Positions 61,855 through 64,000 of a stretch of DNA of 64,000 nucleotides are shown piece after piece; the first letter of the stretch is position 1, and the number at the start of each line of letters is the position of its first letter. Source of the stretch: Amoebophrya sp. A120 (Eukaryota > Protista > Dinoflagellata); NCBI GenBank assembly GCA_905178155.1, contig CAJINV010000012.1, forward strand, positions 1 to 64,000, given 5' to 3'. The notes under the pieces were generated by a model that was not told the DNA's origin, made no database searches, and worked only from the letters and a program-made list of their open reading frames with translations. The position numbers and the translations under genes are program-made.

Positions 61855-62443
61855 TCTTCTTTTCTTTTGCAGCTCGAAAAAAAAAAAGTTTTTGCGAAGT
61901 TTTCATTACTACTTGTAGTAGTACTGAAAAGACATAGAATTCTGCTGTGAAAATAAAGACAAAATGCTTTGTACGACATCAGAAGAGAAACACACTGTGC
62001 TTTTGCTTTTGGCACAACTGCGAAACCGAATGCAAAAGAAGTAGAAACAAGCAACAAGAAACAAGATCTACTATGCTTGAATGTTCACTACACACACAAA
62101 GATACTTAAAAAGTACGACCAGACCTCCTTCGTGACATCACGTTCAACACACCGGAGAATTTTCTAGATCAAAATCTTTAAAAGTGAAAAAAAAGAGGAA
62201 CATCACCCTCCCGGGTGCTCAAGTACTGAGCACGTTCAGCAGCGTGTGGTCCTCGACACTTCAACTTCTCCTTGCGTGAGGCGTCAAAGCTGAACACTTG
62301 CGAGTGGTTATGGTTTAGTACTGTATAATGAGGTGCTCTGGACGAGGCATGAACTGAGCCCAACAAGAACAAGTGTTTCAGCTTTCGGCCTCGCATAGTA
62401 CTTTCTCCTGCATATCAATTTTACATTTACACACAGCCACAGT

Positions 62444-64000
62444 TCACATCTTCGACTTGTGAAACAAAATTTTCCGTTCTTTCTCCCCAAGCGATGAAGT
62501 GTAGTTTACACTATCCTTACTGTCCCTCAGTTTCTGCATGTCCCGTGCCTCCTTCTCCATCACCTTCAGAGCCTGCACTACCGTATTGAGAGGAAAAATC
62601 CCCCCTCCCCATATTGAAAGCGCTTTCGTCTGAAAATTTGTGATGCAGATTTGAGGTCACAAATCCTGTCTGTCTTGCAAGAAGGCAAAGCCAGAGAGTC
62701 CGCCGCATTATGCCGGCGGTTTGTGATGCTGTTGGGCTTACAGAGCCGACATCTGTCAATGTCATGCTAATCCCCTCATCAAAACCTCTCGACCCAGGCT
62801 TGGCATATGCCTGCAGTCCTCTCCAGCAAGACAGACCTGATTTGTGTACGCAAATCCAGCATCAGAAACTTCGTTTCGATATGGGGAGGGGGGATTTTTC
62901 CCTTTGATATACCGCCGGTCGCTGTTTAATTTTCTCGTACCACGCGTCTGCGTAAATCAGGCCGCAATCTTTCAAAGACCTATTCTGCTTTTCAAACCGC
63001 TTCCAGGGCTTGACCCAGGGCCACGCCGCCCTATTATCTATAGGAAAAATATTAAACTCCTGTCGATCTTCACTTGTGTAAGTAGCTGCTGTTTTTATTT
63101 GGTGGAGTGATAGCATATGCTGTTGAGTTCTTGTACATCATCTCTGCATTACAGAGCACATGCACAAAGCCTCTAGTGTACAAGTTAGTAGCACGGAACG
63201 ACGATGAAAACGTACACACATGAAGCCGAGAGGTGGACTTCGTGGTGGTCGTCTGGCATGACAAGTTGTGATAAACTTGTTTTAGTACATACTGGTCCTG
63301 CAACATCTTCACAGACTTACACTAATACAGAGTTCTTTTTTTCTTGCATACATATCCGCGATGGTATACTTGTCGCCGGCGAGAAAACCGGACGTCCTTA
63401 TGCACTGCAAAAGTATAATCGTACTCGTAGTGGTGGCGATAAATATGCGAAGACAAATCTCCTTCTCTAGGTAAATCCGCATGACAGGTTCCATTTGCTA
63501 TACTGAGGAAATTTGTCATGCGATGTATACGTAGGTGTAGCGCGATGCTTTTGCAGGGCATATTCCTCTCGACCCGCTTATCCAGAACGTGAAGCAATAT
63601 CGCAAGAAAAAAGTGTTACAGTTACGCATTGCGTTGCAACACCGGCAACACAGATAACCTTTCTCATGCAGGAAGTGCTTGCGAGCCTCGTTTCCTACGT
63701 ATTTTACCTTATGATCTTCGCATCACAAGTTATGCCTGCCACACAGGGAAAATTTGTGTTGCAGAAACTCCAACAAATGTGTAACTGTAGCACTTTTTTC
63801 TCGTGATAAGCAAGCGGGAATACTCAGTTGTACGCGCACGCGCAAGGCCGTATTCTGTAATATTACTGCAAGCCGCAGCAGCAGCAGCAGCACGAAGGCG
63901 GGATGGATCTGTTTCTTTTGCCTCGCATGTTGGCTGTTCATCCCCGCCATCAGTTGTCCTGGGCGGTGGAGCCGCGGTCAGCTATGAAGTGCAAAAGTAT
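62444..64000 (-). CDS. Glutathione S-transferase C-terminal part, YfcG/YghU/Ure2-like; 5' part beyond the window
   Basis: EYSRLL|HVLDKRVER|TSGFLAGDKYTIADM|AAWPWV...WYEKIKQRPAV|VQAL...LGEKERKILF; 3 complete introners plus GT-AG intron 63351-63031. Confidence 0.85.
62584..62909. mobile_element. Introner family E
   Basis: TATTGAGAGGAAAAATCCCCCCTCCCCATAT...ATATGGGGAGGGGGGATTTTTCCCTTTGATA; DR TACCG/TACCG. Confidence 0.93.
63399..63562. mobile_element. Introner family A
   Basis: TATGCACTGCAAAAG...CTTTTGCAGGGCATA; DR GTCCT/TTCCT. Confidence 0.9.
63598..63808. mobile_element. Introner family I
   Basis: TATCGCAAGAAAAAAGTGTTACAGTTAC...GTAACTGTAGCACTTTTTTCTCGTGATA; DR AGCAA/AGCAA. Confidence 0.92.
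63983..64000. mobile_element. Introner family A, truncated by window end
   Basis: TATGAAGTGCAAAAGTAT, the family A terminus. Confidence 0.75.

Noticed and set aside
18401-63808. Reading the interrupted genes as TE-killed pseudogenes
   Set aside because: Exons are stop-free and catalytic motifs are intact once elements are removed, even though the elements themselves have diverged.
18401-63808. Explaining the elements as ordinary GT-AG introns, group I/II introns or tRNA-type introns
   Set aside because: Several DRs allow no canonical register; no group I/II core or bulge-helix-bulge is recognisable; both orientations occur.
18401-63808. Assigning the elements to a named transposon superfamily
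   Set aside because: No autonomous copy in the window; TAT termini with a 5-bp TSD do not allow a confident assignment.

Overview
Eukaryotic protist genomic DNA, most consistent with a syndinian dinoflagellate (Amoebophrya-like); this is inferred from intron architecture, not from a database hit. The first ~18 kb has a long palindrome, a 132-bp hairpin satellite (~30 copies) and short orphan ORFs. From 18 kb on are 11 reconstructable genes: 8 consecutive + strand genes (Arp10/Arp11-like, a large unknown protein, an SRPBCC protein, a Shewanella-like phosphatase, a class 3 lipase, a probable axonemal repeat protein and two further unknowns), an AT-rich convergent junction, then 3 minus-strand genes (RS-rich protein, unknown protein, YfcG/YghU-like GST). 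The dominant feature is a set of 45 complete (plus 1 window-truncated) insertions interrupting these genes. Nearly all run TAT...ATA, have terminal inverted repeats and sit between 5-bp direct repeats (32 of 45 perfect by my reading). Removing each exonic element plus one direct repeat restores the reading frame, including catalytic motifs. They mostly cannot be read as GT-AG introns, occur in both orientations relative to the transcript, and fall into about 9 families sharing an internal GCATGACAAA-type motif. They look like DNA-transposon-derived, orientation-independent non-canonical introns (introners) coexisting with ordinary GT-AG introns. Coordinates were read by eye and may be off by 1-2 nt.
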